DNA of 64,000 nt from Piromyces finnis finn (Eukaryota > Fungi > Neocallimastigomycota). The notes under the pieces were generated by a model. That model searched no databases and was not told the origin of the DNA. It was given only the letters and a program-made list of their open reading frames with translations. Made by a program: the position numbers and the translations under genes. Shown here one piece after another: positions 14,069 to 26,481 of the stretch; position 1 is the first letter of the stretch, and each line of letters starts with the position of its first letter. The stretch is taken from NCBI GenBank assembly GCA_002104945.1, contig MCFH01000001.1, forward strand, positions 1,984,001 to 2,048,000, given 5' to 3'.

Positions 14069-14669
14069 TCTTTATATTAACAAATTATTATTTTATAATT
14101 TGACTGATAAATGTTAACATATATAGATTTATACAATAATATTAAAGTTAAAGAGAGAAAGGAAAAAAAAAAAAAGAATTAATCTCGAATTTTAGCTTTT
14201 AATCTTTAATTTCAATTCTATTTTATATATATATATATATATATTATTTTTTCTATTTTTTTACTGTTAATGTTATTATTAAATTTTATGTTGTGATCTT
14301 CTAATAAATATGATTTTTTAGGGTTTATTACAATTATATATGATAATGAAAATACAAAATTTTAAAAACTATTATTCACATTAATATATATTTTGAGCAT
14401 TACAAAATATAATATTTTAATAATGATGAATATTAAATATAATATTATATAATTTATAAATTATTTATATATTTATATATTATAATTATAATAATAATTA
14501 TAATTACATATACTATATTTTGATTAGATTAAGTAAATTTTTGTTTAAAGAGAAGTATGACATTTAAATTTTTTATTTTATATTCAAACCGATATTCCTA
14601 TTTTATTGTACATTAATTTCTTACATTTTGTATACAAAAATATATTTTATCTAATCTTGTCAAGTTTTA

Positions 14670-14815
<146 letters not shown>

Positions 14816-15124
14816 TTACATACTAAATTTTTCATTCACAATAAAAATAATATTTTAAAATAAAAAGTATGACTATATATGACTTAATACATTTACAGTA
14901 ATGATATTCTATTGCTTTAATAGAACATAGCTACATAATAATATAGTTCTATATTATCATAAAAAAAAATAGTAATTAAATATCTCTAAAAAAATTAATT
15001 TTTTTTAGGAAATTTTAACCAATTAATTTTTAATAATATTAAATAAAATTGAAATACTTTTTTTAAAATGTTTTTTTATATTCCTCAATTTCTAGCAAAA
15101 CTATAATAAAAGAATTAGAAAAAT

Positions 15125-15241
15125 AAAAAAGAAAAGGAAAAAAGTATTAAAGCAATAATATTTTTTATTATATAAATAAATAATTATTAAAAAAGAAAAG
15201 GAAAAAAGTATTAAAGTAATAATATTTTTTATTATATAAAT
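15125..15241. repeat. About 52-bp direct repeat (2 copies) upstream of the methyltransferase
   Basis: AAAAGAAAAGGAAAAAAGTATTAAAG(C/T)AATAATATTTTTTATTATATAAAT occurs twice with one mismatch. Confidence 0.85.
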
Positions 15242-15427
15242 TACTTTTTTTTAAAAAAAAAAAGAAATTTTAATTTAAATAATTAATTAAAATATTACGG
15301 AAACTGAGCGAATAAAAATAAAGCAATAAAAATTGTACTAAATTTTAAAAGAGGGATAAATAGAAGAAAAATGCATTAAGTATCATAATATCATATTTCT
15401 TTAAATAAAAAAATTTCAGTTTCAACT

Positions 15428-16261
15428 ATGGTTACTACTATTGCGATTTGTCCAGAAGAAGTTGATTTAGGAACTGTCCAAGAAACTTTATTAATTCCTT
15501 TATACTTTAGAGCTGTAGAATCAAAGAAGGAAAACCCAAGAATTAAAGATGATATTGCTATAGAAATAATCAAGAATATAAAATATGATTTTTCAAAATT
15601 TGATTCTGGAACATTAAGTTTTCATGGAGTAATTTCAAGAACAATTATTCTTGACAGAGAAGTTCAAAATTTTATTGATAAACATCCAAATTCAGTCATT
15701 ATATCAATTGGTTGTGGTCTTTGTACTAGAAATCTAAGACTAGATTTAAAGAACTCAGATTGGTATAATGTTGATTTATCTGATGTTATGGAAGTTAGAA
15801 ATAAATATTTAAGTACTATAGAAACAAATGAACATTATTATAATATATCAAAATCATGTTTTGATGAATCATGGCCAAAGGATATTAATGCAGAAGGAAA
15901 AGATGTCTTGATAGTTATTGAAGGTGTCTTAATGTATTTTACCGAAGACGAAATAAAACATTTAATTAAAATTATTAAAGATAATTTTAAACATGTAACA
16001 GTTATTGCTGAAATTATGCATGCAATGCTCGCCAATAGAACCAAATATCATGATACTGTAAAGAAAACAAATGCTGAATTTAAATGGGGAATTAAAGATT
16101 GTAAGGAAATTGAAAATTTAGACTCAAATATTAAATATATTACTGAATGGAATATGTTAGACTCACTTTCATCATATAATTTCAAGTTTAAAATGATGAA
16201 CAAAATTAAATTCCTTAAAAATGTATTAGAAAAAATAGTATTATTTGAAATTTCTCAATAA
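15428..16261 (+). CDS. Class I SAM-dependent methyltransferase, LCM/TcmP-like, bacterial type, intronless
   Basis: QETLLIPLYFRA, RTIILDREV, SIGCGLCTR, WYNVDL and IVIEGVLMYF are typical of TcmP/leucine-carboxyl-methyltransferase-family proteins. Confidence 0.85.
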   Translation: MVTTIAICPEEVDLGTVQETLLIPLYFRAVESKKENPRIKDDIAIEIIKNIKYDFSKFDSGTLSFHGVISRTIILDREVQNFIDKHPNSVIISIGCGLCTRNLRLDLKNSDWYNVDLSDVMEVRNKYLSTIETNEHYYNISKSCFDESWPKDINAEGKDVLIVIEGVLMYFTEDEIKHLIKIIKDNFKHVTVIAEIMHAMLANRTKYHDTVKKTNAEFKWGIKDCKEIENLDSNIKYITEWNMLDSLSSYNFKFKMMNKIKFLKNVLEKIVLFEISQ

Positions 16262-17643
16262 TTCGGTCAGCTTTATCATTATTTTAAAATAACATGTATA
16301 TTTTAAAATATACACTTTTTTTTCCTCTTTTTTTCACATTAATTTCGCTTGATAAAAAAATACTTTTAATATTTATAATACTAACAAATATAAATATTAA
16401 TTAGAAAACACGATTGAAAAAAAAAAAGAGTAATAAATTTATTATAATAATTAATCTATGATCATGAATATGATACATAATACTAAAAAAAATAATAATA
16501 ATAATTTAATTAATGGAAAAATTAATTATTAAATATTAAATATTAAACCTATCAAAAAAATATATATATATCTAAATGGTATTTAATACTATTAGCAAAA
16601 ATAAAACTACAATTTATCTCATTCATAGATTTTAGTATATATTTATTAAAAGTATATCTCTAATAATATTGTATATTTGCAACATATTATTATTATTATT
16701 TTAATAATATACACTAAATCTTTTTCTATACACTATTAAAAAAACAATATATATCTATCATCAAAAAAAATTAAAATCAAAATAAAAATTTAAATAATTA
16801 AATAATTATTTCAATGTTAATGTGTTTTTATTTATATTTATGAATAAATAACAGGTGGTATTAATAAACTTTTTTTTTATATATATAAACAATTGAATTT
16901 TAAAGAAATAATTAATAATTTTAAGATTAAAGTTTATTCATTTTGATCATGCTGTATTTTTATTAGTTTATTATATATATATATATTTTTTTTTATAATA
17001 ATCTAATTAAAATGTTTAATTTTTTTTTTACTATGTCATCTGAAAAAAAGTTTATTTTTTTTTTTCATTTAAACTCTCGTTAGATTTAAAAGAATATTCT
17101 TTTTTTTTTTTTTTTCTTATAATTGTCTCTTTTACTTGAATAATAAAAATAAGGATGATGGAAGAGCATAGGTTCAAATTTAAAAAAGTATTATAATAGC
17201 CATCAATACAAAAACCAAAAACAAAAATATAAATCACAGCATTTACTTATCTTTTAGTTTTGAACCAATATTTTAAATGGTGAAATAAATGATAAAGATG
17301 TTTTATTCCTCCTATCAAAGTATATTTCTAAAGGGATATAGGATAAAAAGAAATTGCTACAATAAACTAAAACTATTATTTAATAATATTAATAATAAAT
17401 AATAGAGCACAATAAAAAAAAACAAAAATATGATATAAGTTTGTAGTATAAAGTTTTAAATTTAATCATCTCTAACCTTAAAATTGCATTTTTTATTTAT
17501 TTTAATTATAAATAAATATTAATTTATGATACTTCAATTTAATTAGTTTCTTATATATAATTATATATGATACAATAGTAAATTAAAAAAATTTAAAATT
17601 TTTTTTATTTTTTATTATTTAACGTTGAACATAATTATTAGTA

Positions 17644-18126
17644 ATGAATAAAATTAGAATAGATGGAAAAATGGAAACTAAAAGTAATACATTTCAAATA
17701 AGAAAATTAAAAAAAGAGGATTTGGATGAAGTAATGAACATTTGGTTATCTTCTAATTTAGATGCACATTCCTTTATATCTGCTGATTATTGGAAAAGTA
17801 ATGCTGAAATGGTCAAGGAAGCCATTGCAGCTGCGGAAGTATATGTTAGTGAAGATAAAGATAGTATTATTTTAGGATTTATTGGTATAGTTCCTGATGA
17901 TTATGTAGCAGGACTCTTTGTTAGACGTAGTCATCGATCTTTAGGTATTGGAAAGTCTCTAATTCACTACTGTCAATCTATTCATCAAAAACTTGCCTTA
18001 AAAGTATTTACAAAAAATTCAAGAGCAATACAATTTTATAAAGGAAAAGGATTTAAAATCCAAGAAGAAACTTTTGATCCTACTACTAATGAAAAGGAAT
18101 ACTCTATGTTATGGAAGAATATATAA
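17644..18126 (+). CDS. GNAT acetyltransferase, YjaB-like, bacterial type, intronless
   Basis: IWLSSNLDAHSFI, LGFIG, the acetyl-CoA motif HRSLGIGKSL and NSRAIQFYKGKGF. Confidence 0.88.
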   Translation: MNKIRIDGKMETKSNTFQIRKLKKEDLDEVMNIWLSSNLDAHSFISADYWKSNAEMVKEAIAAAEVYVSEDKDSIILGFIGIVPDDYVAGLFVRRSHRSLGIGKSLIHYCQSIHQKLALKVFTKNSRAIQFYKGKGFKIQEETFDPTTNEKEYSMLWKNI

Positions 18127-21100
18127 TATATATATAATATATATAATACACATTGATTTATTATCAATAGTCTACTTCTTCTTATCTTGATTTGATATTA
18201 CATAATAAACTTACTCCTATTATATTTTTATCATTTTTAATATTCTTTTTATTCCTCTCCTATTTCTTTCTTTTTTATTCTAATCAGTTATAGATAAATA
18301 TCTCTTATTTGACATGTTTACAAAAAATTTTCCTTTTTTTCTCTTTAATTTTCCTATAATTATTAATAATTTTTGTTATTCTTTTAACTTTTGTTTTTTC
18401 GTCTTCTATGCAAAGGAGAATTTTTTAAAGCATAAAAAATATTGTTATCTTAAAAAAATAAAGGAGCTTGAAATTATCACTTTTTACATGATTTAATTAA
18501 TTAAAACCCCAAAAACTAAAATATGAAATAATAAAATAAAAAGATCTTTTTTATTTCTACACTATATTTCTTATAATAATCATTTAAAACGAACTTTTAT
18601 AAAAAGTATTCCTTTAAACAATCCATTTTGAACTTTTTTTTTTTTTTGAAATAAACAATATACTTTATAAAAAATAATAAACTTAATAATAGTTATTAAT
18701 AATTAATCAATAATAATTAATTAATTAATAATTATTCTTAATATTAAATTAATTATTATTGATTATTTTTGTACATTCTATTCCTTCTATAGAGTAATAT
18801 TTTAGAATAAAATAAATCGTCCGTTAAAATTATTTAAAGGGGATGTAATAAAATATTATATATTAATAAATAACTTTAATATATTAATTTAATTTAATTA
18901 ATAATTATTTGTGTTCAAATTTCATTTAATATAATCTAAAGTAGTACAAAATAATTATTATTCTAAATGCAATGCAATGTAATAAAATGTATACAAACTC
19001 TAAAGAATACTAACTAAAATATAGGAGAATTAAAAGCCATCTTTATATTTTTATTTATTAGTATTCAAAAACCAGTGATTGTTTATTTCAATATTTTTGT
19101 TTGTACTATAAAGTATACAAAGTATAGGTATGACTAATTCATCCCATGAATAAGTTATTGATTTTTATTACCTTTAGATCAAAGTATAACATTTCACAGT
19201 TTTATTGAATGTATTAATAATGTAATTAAAGTTTGATCTAAAATTTTTTTATATGTTGTCTTCCATTTTACACTTTTTTTTTAAATTTTTAAAGTTTTTA
19301 AAAAAATTAATAATAATTAAACTTTTTATATAAATAAACTAATATTGTTATAAAAGGAAATATTGATTTATTTCTTTTTATCTATTTTGGAAATTATTAA
19401 TTACGTATTAGAATACATTATTTAATACACTGTTTTTCTAATGTAATTTAAAAAAACTTGTGAAATTTTAAAAAAAAAATTAATTTACCAATTTATTAAT
19501 TAAAATGTCAAATGAATTTAATTAAAATTAAAAAAATAAACCATTTTATGAAAAGGTTAATTATTTTATTATTTTTAAAATAAATAATAATAAATTATTA
19601 ATATTTATTATTATTGTTGGTTTATTGATATTATCTAAAAATATATTTTTTTAACTATTGTTAATGGTATTATTCACTTTTTATTAACTATTATTGTTCT
19701 TTTATACTTTTCAATAAAAATTTCACAAGATGTTATTATCATTTAATGCTAAAATTCTCTTTTTTTAATATAAAAAATTTATGAAATTTTGTATTAATGG
19801 CAGTTTAGCTTTATTAGACTTTATCTGCATAATAGTAATATATACAATATATGTAAATAATATAATAGAGATTTAAGCTATTGTGAATATTTATATAATT
19901 GTTGATTTAATATTTATCAATATGATTTAGTAATAAAGGTAGTAATAATAAATTTAAAATACAATGATTAAAAAGAATAACAGTTTCTTTTTTACGTAAA
20001 TGATGATTATAAAATAATCTATTACAATGAATCTTCTTAGTAAATAATCATTGCCATTTACTTTGAACATTTTATATTTTACACCTTTTTTTTAAAAAAA
20101 AACTCATAATATAAATTTAATTTAATAAAGTAATAATAATAAAAAAAACAATATTATAATTCATAAAAGAATATTATAGCCATTATCACAATACTTTTTA
20201 TTGAAAAGGAATTATTAATTTTTATTAATTAAAGAGTTATTTTATTTATATTTTTATTAAATTTATTTAAATATATTTCATATTTAAATTGAAACTTTCT
20301 TATTTATTCCAAAAAAAATTAAATCTACTTTAACATACTTTACTAAAATAATAGTAAACCTAAGAAATTAAGTAAAAAAAAATAATAATAGAGAGAAAAT
20401 GTCTTTTAAATTGCTTTTTTTTTTTTTTTTTTTACTAACAAATTTACCAAAAACTTTTTTCAATTTTGTATAAAGTCAAAGATTGAATTTTTAAAAAATA
20501 AAAATAACATCTTTCAAAGTTAACTTTATTTCTAATAAAAATTGGCATCTTATGATTTAATGAATAGAATATTAAACTTTTATATTTTGTAAATAATATA
20601 TTAAAGAATATTAATAGCAGATATAAATAAATATATTTAAAAATTTATTATCCATAAATTAATGTTGAAAAATAATAAATAAATGTTTTTATATTATTCT
20701 CATATATTAATATTGAAATTTCATTGGATAAGAAATTCATTCTTTCATGTAAACTAAAAATTTAAAGTATGGAAGATGAACAAATACTTGCTAAATCTTC
20801 TATGAAATGAAATGGAAAATTATTTGAATAATAAACTCATTAATAAAAATTTAAATATATTCTAACATATATCCATAATATAATAATCAATATAAATATA
20901 TCTAATTATTATATAGTAACATATATTATTATTATATAAAGTTTTTATATATTAACATTTCAATGGAAAAATTTTATGTCTTATATTCCGTGTTTATTTG
21001 TAATATATTATTTTAAATAAAAAACAGCATTTAATATATGATATGGTTATACTTGTTTAAAATCGAAAGTTTATAGAATAATGAAGTTTTTTCTTGGATT

Positions 21101-21889
21101 TAAACTTCAAAAATAACTAAAAATGATGATATAAACATTAATTAAAAAAGTTAATAATAATATATTCCCAATATATTCAAATATACACCAATAAATATAT
21201 AATAATTATTTAATATACTTAATATTAAATAATAAAACATCCCTTTTTTTCTATATTAAATTAACTCAAGGTATTTTTAATTAATTTTAACTAATGTTTA
21301 AGAAATAAATTAAAATATAAAAAATTGGAATTTAATAAATATTCAATTATAAAAAAAGAATATATTAGAATACAGTGCGAATATATGATATTTTATAATA
21401 AAATTAATTAATAAAATTATTTGATTAATATTATTATATAGATAGTAGTATTATAATAAACTATATATACATATATATAATATTATTATATAGTAGTATT
21501 ATAATAAATCATATATAAATTTAAATAATAAATATATAATATGTTATTGATTTATAAATATAATATATTAGAGAATTCAATGTAAAATAGCTTTTTATTA
21601 TTAATAAATGATGGCCAACCTACTACAATTTATTTTATAATATTTAAAAAAACAAATAATTTTATTATTAAAAAAGTTTATTTTTTTTATTAATAAATAT
21701 TTTATTGTTCCAAAGAATTGATATAAAAAGAATTAAAATCTCCTCGAATTTTTGGAAAAGTAAATTATATTTTATTTTTTTTTATAAACTATAATATTTT
21801 AAAAAAAGCCAAATACATATATATAATATTTTAAAATAAAATATATATATTATATAAAAAAAACGTTTAAAATTATTAACACTATTAAG

Positions 21890-22000
21890 ATGAACTTTAC
21901 CAAGAACATTACTATTATCAAGTCTGAAAGCAACATTAACTCTGAAAACAAAACTAACACTATTAATAGTAAACAAAAATCTGAAATTTTCATCGATTAA
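21890..22000 (+). CDS. Candidate 36-aa small ORF or uORF (MNFTKNITIIKSESNINSENKTNTINSKQKSEIFID)
   Basis: ATG 21890 to TAA 22000. It is an island of C/G-ending codons (AAC, ACC, AAG, ATC, TTC) in very AT-rich flanks, 384 bp upstream of the 22385 gene on the same strand. Confidence 0.35.
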   Translation: MNFTKNITIIKSESNINSENKTNTINSKQKSEIFID

Positions 22001-22384
22001 AAATAAAAAATAATTTTAAAACGTTTATAATAAATTAAATAGTAATAATAATAAAATTAATAAATCAGTTTATAAATAAAATTTTTTAAAGTAATTAATT
22101 TATAATAAATAAAACCTTTTTATTTATTATTAAAAATAATAATTCAAATAAATAATAAAATAAAGGTAACTATTAATAATATAAAACATAGAGATAATAA
22201 AATAAGATATTAATAAATATTTTTTTAATATTATATTTTTCATTAGCTATAACTTACAATAATAAATAAAAAGATATTTATTAATCTTAAAAGCAGATAA
22301 TTACTCAAAAGAATAATATAAAAAGTTTAAAAAAAAAAAGAAAAATAATTTTTTTACTAAATATTATTAAAAAATAATAAAAAA

Positions 22385-23002
22385 ATGGATATTGATACTG
22401 ACTGGTGTTTAAATTGTGGTAAGCAAACCAACGGCGAGTTATATTGCTCTTCACAATGCAGAAGCCAAGATGAAAAAGGTTACAAACATGAAACTACCCA
22501 AAGCTTTGGCTTTAGAACTGATAATGAAAGCATTCACAACAGTGGACGTAGTAGTCCAGTAATGAGTTCATGTAATGCTACATCAAAATATTTGAATAAC
22601 CCAGATAAACTTTTATATTATCAAAGTTATGATTTGAAATTTAGAAACAGACCAAGCTATGATGCTGGTTATTATAGCCCATGCCTTTCTAGTGGTTTAA
22701 ACCAATGGTTAAATCAAAATGTCAAAATGTTGACACCTTCAACTCTTGAACAGAATAGAAAATCATATATGATGGAAACTGGTCGTTACCATCACCATCA
22801 TCACCAATCCAATATAAAATTTACTAGTGGATTTAAGGGTTCCTATTCATCAACATCTTCTGAAAGTTCCTATTCAAGTTCTTCTGATACTATAATTTTT
22901 GGAAGTAGCTCAAGCTCAAACCCAAATAGTCTTTCAATGAAAGGACCAAACTATCCATGGAATAAAATAGAAGATGATGACGATATTTCTCTTTATGAAT
23001 AA
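22385..23002 (+). CDS. Ecl1/2/3-family zinc-binding protein, intronless, Ser-rich tail
   Basis: N-terminus MDIDTDWCLNCGKQTNGELYCSSQC, with C-x2-C...C-x3-C spacing. Confidence 0.82.
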   Translation: MDIDTDWCLNCGKQTNGELYCSSQCRSQDEKGYKHETTQSFGFRTDNESIHNSGRSSPVMSSCNATSKYLNNPDKLLYYQSYDLKFRNRPSYDAGYYSPCLSSGLNQWLNQNVKMLTPSTLEQNRKSYMMETGRYHHHHHQSNIKFTSGFKGSYSSTSSESSYSSSSDTIIFGSSSSSNPNSLSMKGPNYPWNKIEDDDDISLYE

Positions 23003-23589
23003 AAGAAAGGTATTATTATAAGTTGCAAATAAATGCAATTAAAGCAAACATATTGTTTATTATATAATGTACTATTCATTTTCAAATGATGAGAATGGAA
23101 TAGTAAGAGATATTTAGTAATTTTTTATTTTCTAAATTATATTTTAGTATTTATAAATCCATATAGGTTTAACAATTTTTTATAATTATTTTAAGAAAAG
23201 TTTTTAAATTTAATTATATAGTTTTAAATAATTTTAAATAGAAATTAAAAAAAAAAAAAATTCAATTAAAAATCACAAAATATAAGTAGTATTTTTTTAT
23301 AGTTTAAACTTAAAAATAAGTATTTTAATCATAAAATTTTAAAAATTTTATAAAATGGAATCACCATTTAAAAAAAAAATAATAAAATAAAAAATTAAAA
23401 CTAAAGTAGAATTATTATCATTTACATTTTTTTTTATAAAAAAAAAAAAAGCAAAAAAGTAAATGAGCTAAAGTAAATGAGTAATAATAATGGTGAATTT
23501 CAATATTATTTATTAACAAAAATAAATAAATAAACAAAAAAAAGTAATTAGTAATTAAATAAAATAAAGCAATTAAAAAAAAAATATAA

Positions 23590-24200
23590 AATTTATGGTA
23601 TTTATTGGATGAGTATACTAAATAAAATGTATTTTTAGGAATAAGTGTATAATATGGCGTAGAAGTGAATTAGATAATGAATAAGCTTAAAAGGCTAAAA
23701 TTAAATTAGATGGACAATATTCAAAGTCTTAATATTAAGAAGGGTGTATGTCAAGGATGTCTATTCTCACTAATTCTTTTTAATCTGTTTATTAAAGAGT
23801 GTAAAGATCTTGGTGTTAGTTTTAAAGAGGTATGCAGATAAGATAATGTAGTTCTTCAATAAAATACTTAAAAAATTTCTGAAAGAATAAATAATTAATA
23901 AGGAAATTGATTTTAGTATCAATAAATGTTCAACAATGGTAATTCGTCCAGGTGTAATAAAAATCCAATAATTTATTTAGTTGGAAAATTTATTCCAACG
24001 ACAGATTGTTTATACCTTCCTTGGTATACTATTTGAAAAGAATGTGACATTCACATTCTTAATAAATCACTTAAAAAGTAAGGATTTAATTAAATTATAT
24101 TATAATCACCTCTAGTTTTCCTATGGCTACTACTGGCTATTGAAAGAAAGAAATGGATACAAAAGTTGCTAAAGAGTGCTCAATTAGTTGATCTAAGTTA
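23590..24200 (+). mobile_element. Decayed, internally deleted LINE relic related to the 55-60 kb element
   Basis: Collinear matches to the RT and C-terminal region of the intact LINE: AAATTAGATGGACAAT, GTCAAGGATG, AAATGTTCAAC-ATGGT-ATTCGTCC, ATTCCAAC-AC-GATTGTT and CTATGGCT-CTACTGGCTATTGAAAG. Many frameshifts and stops. Confidence 0.85.
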
Positions 24201-24499
24201 TCCCTTATTACTATCTCTGTGTGCAAAAATTATTATCAAAATATTCAACGTTGTTTAACCATATATCCAAAATTTTAAAAATACGAAAAATATGTATATA
24301 AAAAAGTAATGATTTATATATTTTCATATATAGTTTTTATAAATTATTAAATTGTTTTTAAAATTTTTTCTTTTTATTTATTTATTTGTTTATTTTTATG
24401 AACATATAAAAAAAAGTAAAATACATATTTGTGGTAAAAATATATAATTAACTCTATATAAAATATAATAAGCTATTAAAAAATTAACAATTTTTTTGA

Positions 24500-25927
24500 T
24501 TAAATTTTTATTTTTTTACTGCTTTTACTTTCATTATCTTCAATAGATGTATAATAGGAAATTTTAAAAGAATCACAAGTTTCATAAATAAAATTGGCAT
24601 CAATATTTAATTTTTCGGCTAAATCCGTAGCATTACGTTCAGATTCCTTTAAGAATTCATCAATAATGTTTATTTCATTTTCTGGAAGTTCAGATAATGT
24701 TTTAATAAAAGATGAATCGAAATTTGAATGGAAAAATTTAAATGTAGTTTTAATTTGACTTTTTCTTATTCCTTTCTTTTCTCCAATTTCTTCTCCTTCT
24801 TTTCTTCCTTCTTTTCTTCCTTCTTCTCTTCCTTCTTCTTTTCCTTTTTTCCAATAATGCTGTTTAGATGATTTTTCTGTTATTATTGAATCTATTCTAC
24901 TATTATATTCTTTTTTAAATTTTTCATCATCTTGTAAAAGTAATAATTCAGATCTTGCTTTTTTGTATACATCTTCTGTATCTTCATTTCTAAATATTGG
25001 ATCATTTGGATTATTTAAAAATTTGATCCATAGATTTTCCTCTTCATCGCTAATATCATCATCTTCGATATCATCTTTGTCATCATTTTCGATATCATCT
25101 TTGTCATCATCTTTGTCATCATCTTTGTCATCAACTTCGATATCATCTTTGTCATCATCTTTGCCATCATCTTTGCCATCATTTTTTTTATTATTATATA
25201 ATAATTTATCTAAATTATCATTGTAAACATTATCGTCATTATTGTTTTTATTCTTAATTTTAAATTTAGGTAATTCAATAAAGTGAATTGTTGATAATTT
25301 ACAATTACAACTATCATTATCCATTATTATTTCATTACCCTTTTTGTCAATGAGAATATTCATTTTTTCGTCGATTAACTTTCCATTGACATTTTGATAA
25401 AACTTTCCTTTATAAAAAGCTACACCATTTCTAGGAAAGTATCTATAGCCGATTCTATCGTCAAACATTTTATAATTTAATATATTAATCATAATGATTT
25501 CTGGAATAACTTCATATACCCGTCCTTTTGATACAGTATTGGACATTAATCTTGAAGCATAAAATTCAGATTGATTTAACATACTACCTACATTTGAAAC
25601 ATGAATTTCAATGTTTATGAGTTCTTCGTCTTTCTCTTCTGAAACATCACCTGATAATAATTTTCTTTTTTTTAGTCTTTTAAATTTACTTACTAATATA
25701 TCAGCATTAGGAAATTCCTCTTTTAAACTCTCTGCCCTCAATTCCTTATCAATAAATTTAATATTGTTAATATTAAAATCAAAATGACCATAATATTTTA
25801 ATATACTATTTAAGAAATGAACCAAAATTTCTTTATTCTTTTCATTACCAAATAATCTTTTAAAAACAATATCAACAGTTGGTTTTATAGTAATGACTCT
25901 TCTATTATTATAATTTAGATAGTCCAT
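24500..25927 (-). CDS. Rpn family / PD-(D/E)XK nuclease family transposase (PDDEXK_2-like), copy 1, intronless
   Basis: IKPTVDIVFKRLFG, LVHFLNSIL, ADILV...INIEIH, IIMINILNY, IHFIELPKF, LWIKFL and EGREEGRKEG repeats are the hallmark blocks of bacterial Rpn/PDDEXK_2 proteins. Confidence 0.88.
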   Translation of the reverse strand: MDYLNYNNRRVITIKPTVDIVFKRLFGNEKNKEILVHFLNSILKYYGHFDFNINNIKFIDKELRAESLKEEFPNADILVSKFKRLKKRKLLSGDVSEEKDEELINIEIHVSNVGSMLNQSEFYASRLMSNTVSKGRVYEVIPEIIMINILNYKMFDDRIGYRYFPRNGVAFYKGKFYQNVNGKLIDEKMNILIDKKGNEIIMDNDSCNCKLSTIHFIELPKFKIKNKNNNDDNVYNDNLDKLLYNNKKNDGKDDGKDDDKDDIEVDDKDDDKDDDKDDIENDDKDDIEDDDISDEEENLWIKFLNNPNDPIFRNEDTEDVYKKARSELLLLQDDEKFKKEYNSRIDSIITEKSSKQHYWKKGKEEGREEGRKEGRKEGEEIGEKKGIRKSQIKTTFKFFHSNFDSSFIKTLSELPENEINIIDEFLKESERNATDLAEKLNIDANFIYETCDSFKISYYTSIEDNESKSSKKIKI

Positions 25928-26481
25928 TTCTTTTTTTCTTTTCTTTCTTAGTATTTTAAATAAATAATCCTAAGAAATAATTAAAATAATATAAAAAAAA
26001 ATTTTTTAACAGAAAATCCAGCTACTTTTTTATTTCTAAAAACTTTAATTTATATTATTTTATTTATTAATTTGTTAATATTATTTATTTGTTAATGTTA
26101 CAAAATAAATAATATTTAAAATTAAGCTAGACTTCTTATTGTCTTTGAATAGAATCAATGTAAATGGTGGCTAAGTTTTATTCCTTAAATTATTATTAAT
26201 TATATTAATAATTATTAATTAATAAATATTAAATATTATATACTAAAAGAAAAAGTAATTTGAGTGATAAATAATTTCATTAAATATATTTAACAAAAAT
26301 CAATCAATAAATAAATAATTGAATAAATGGATAAATAAATTAAATAATAAATATTAAAGTTTCTGGACATACTAGAATCTATTTTATTATATAAAGTCTT
26401 TTTTTTTTTTTTTTAATTTTAATAAAATATTTATTCCGTGGGATTATTAATAAAAAAAAAAAGAAAGAAAGAAAATAAGAA

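Noticed and set aside
19040-19230. Integrase-like peptide WDELVIPILCILYST on the minus strand
   Set aside because: One short motif with no flanking support.
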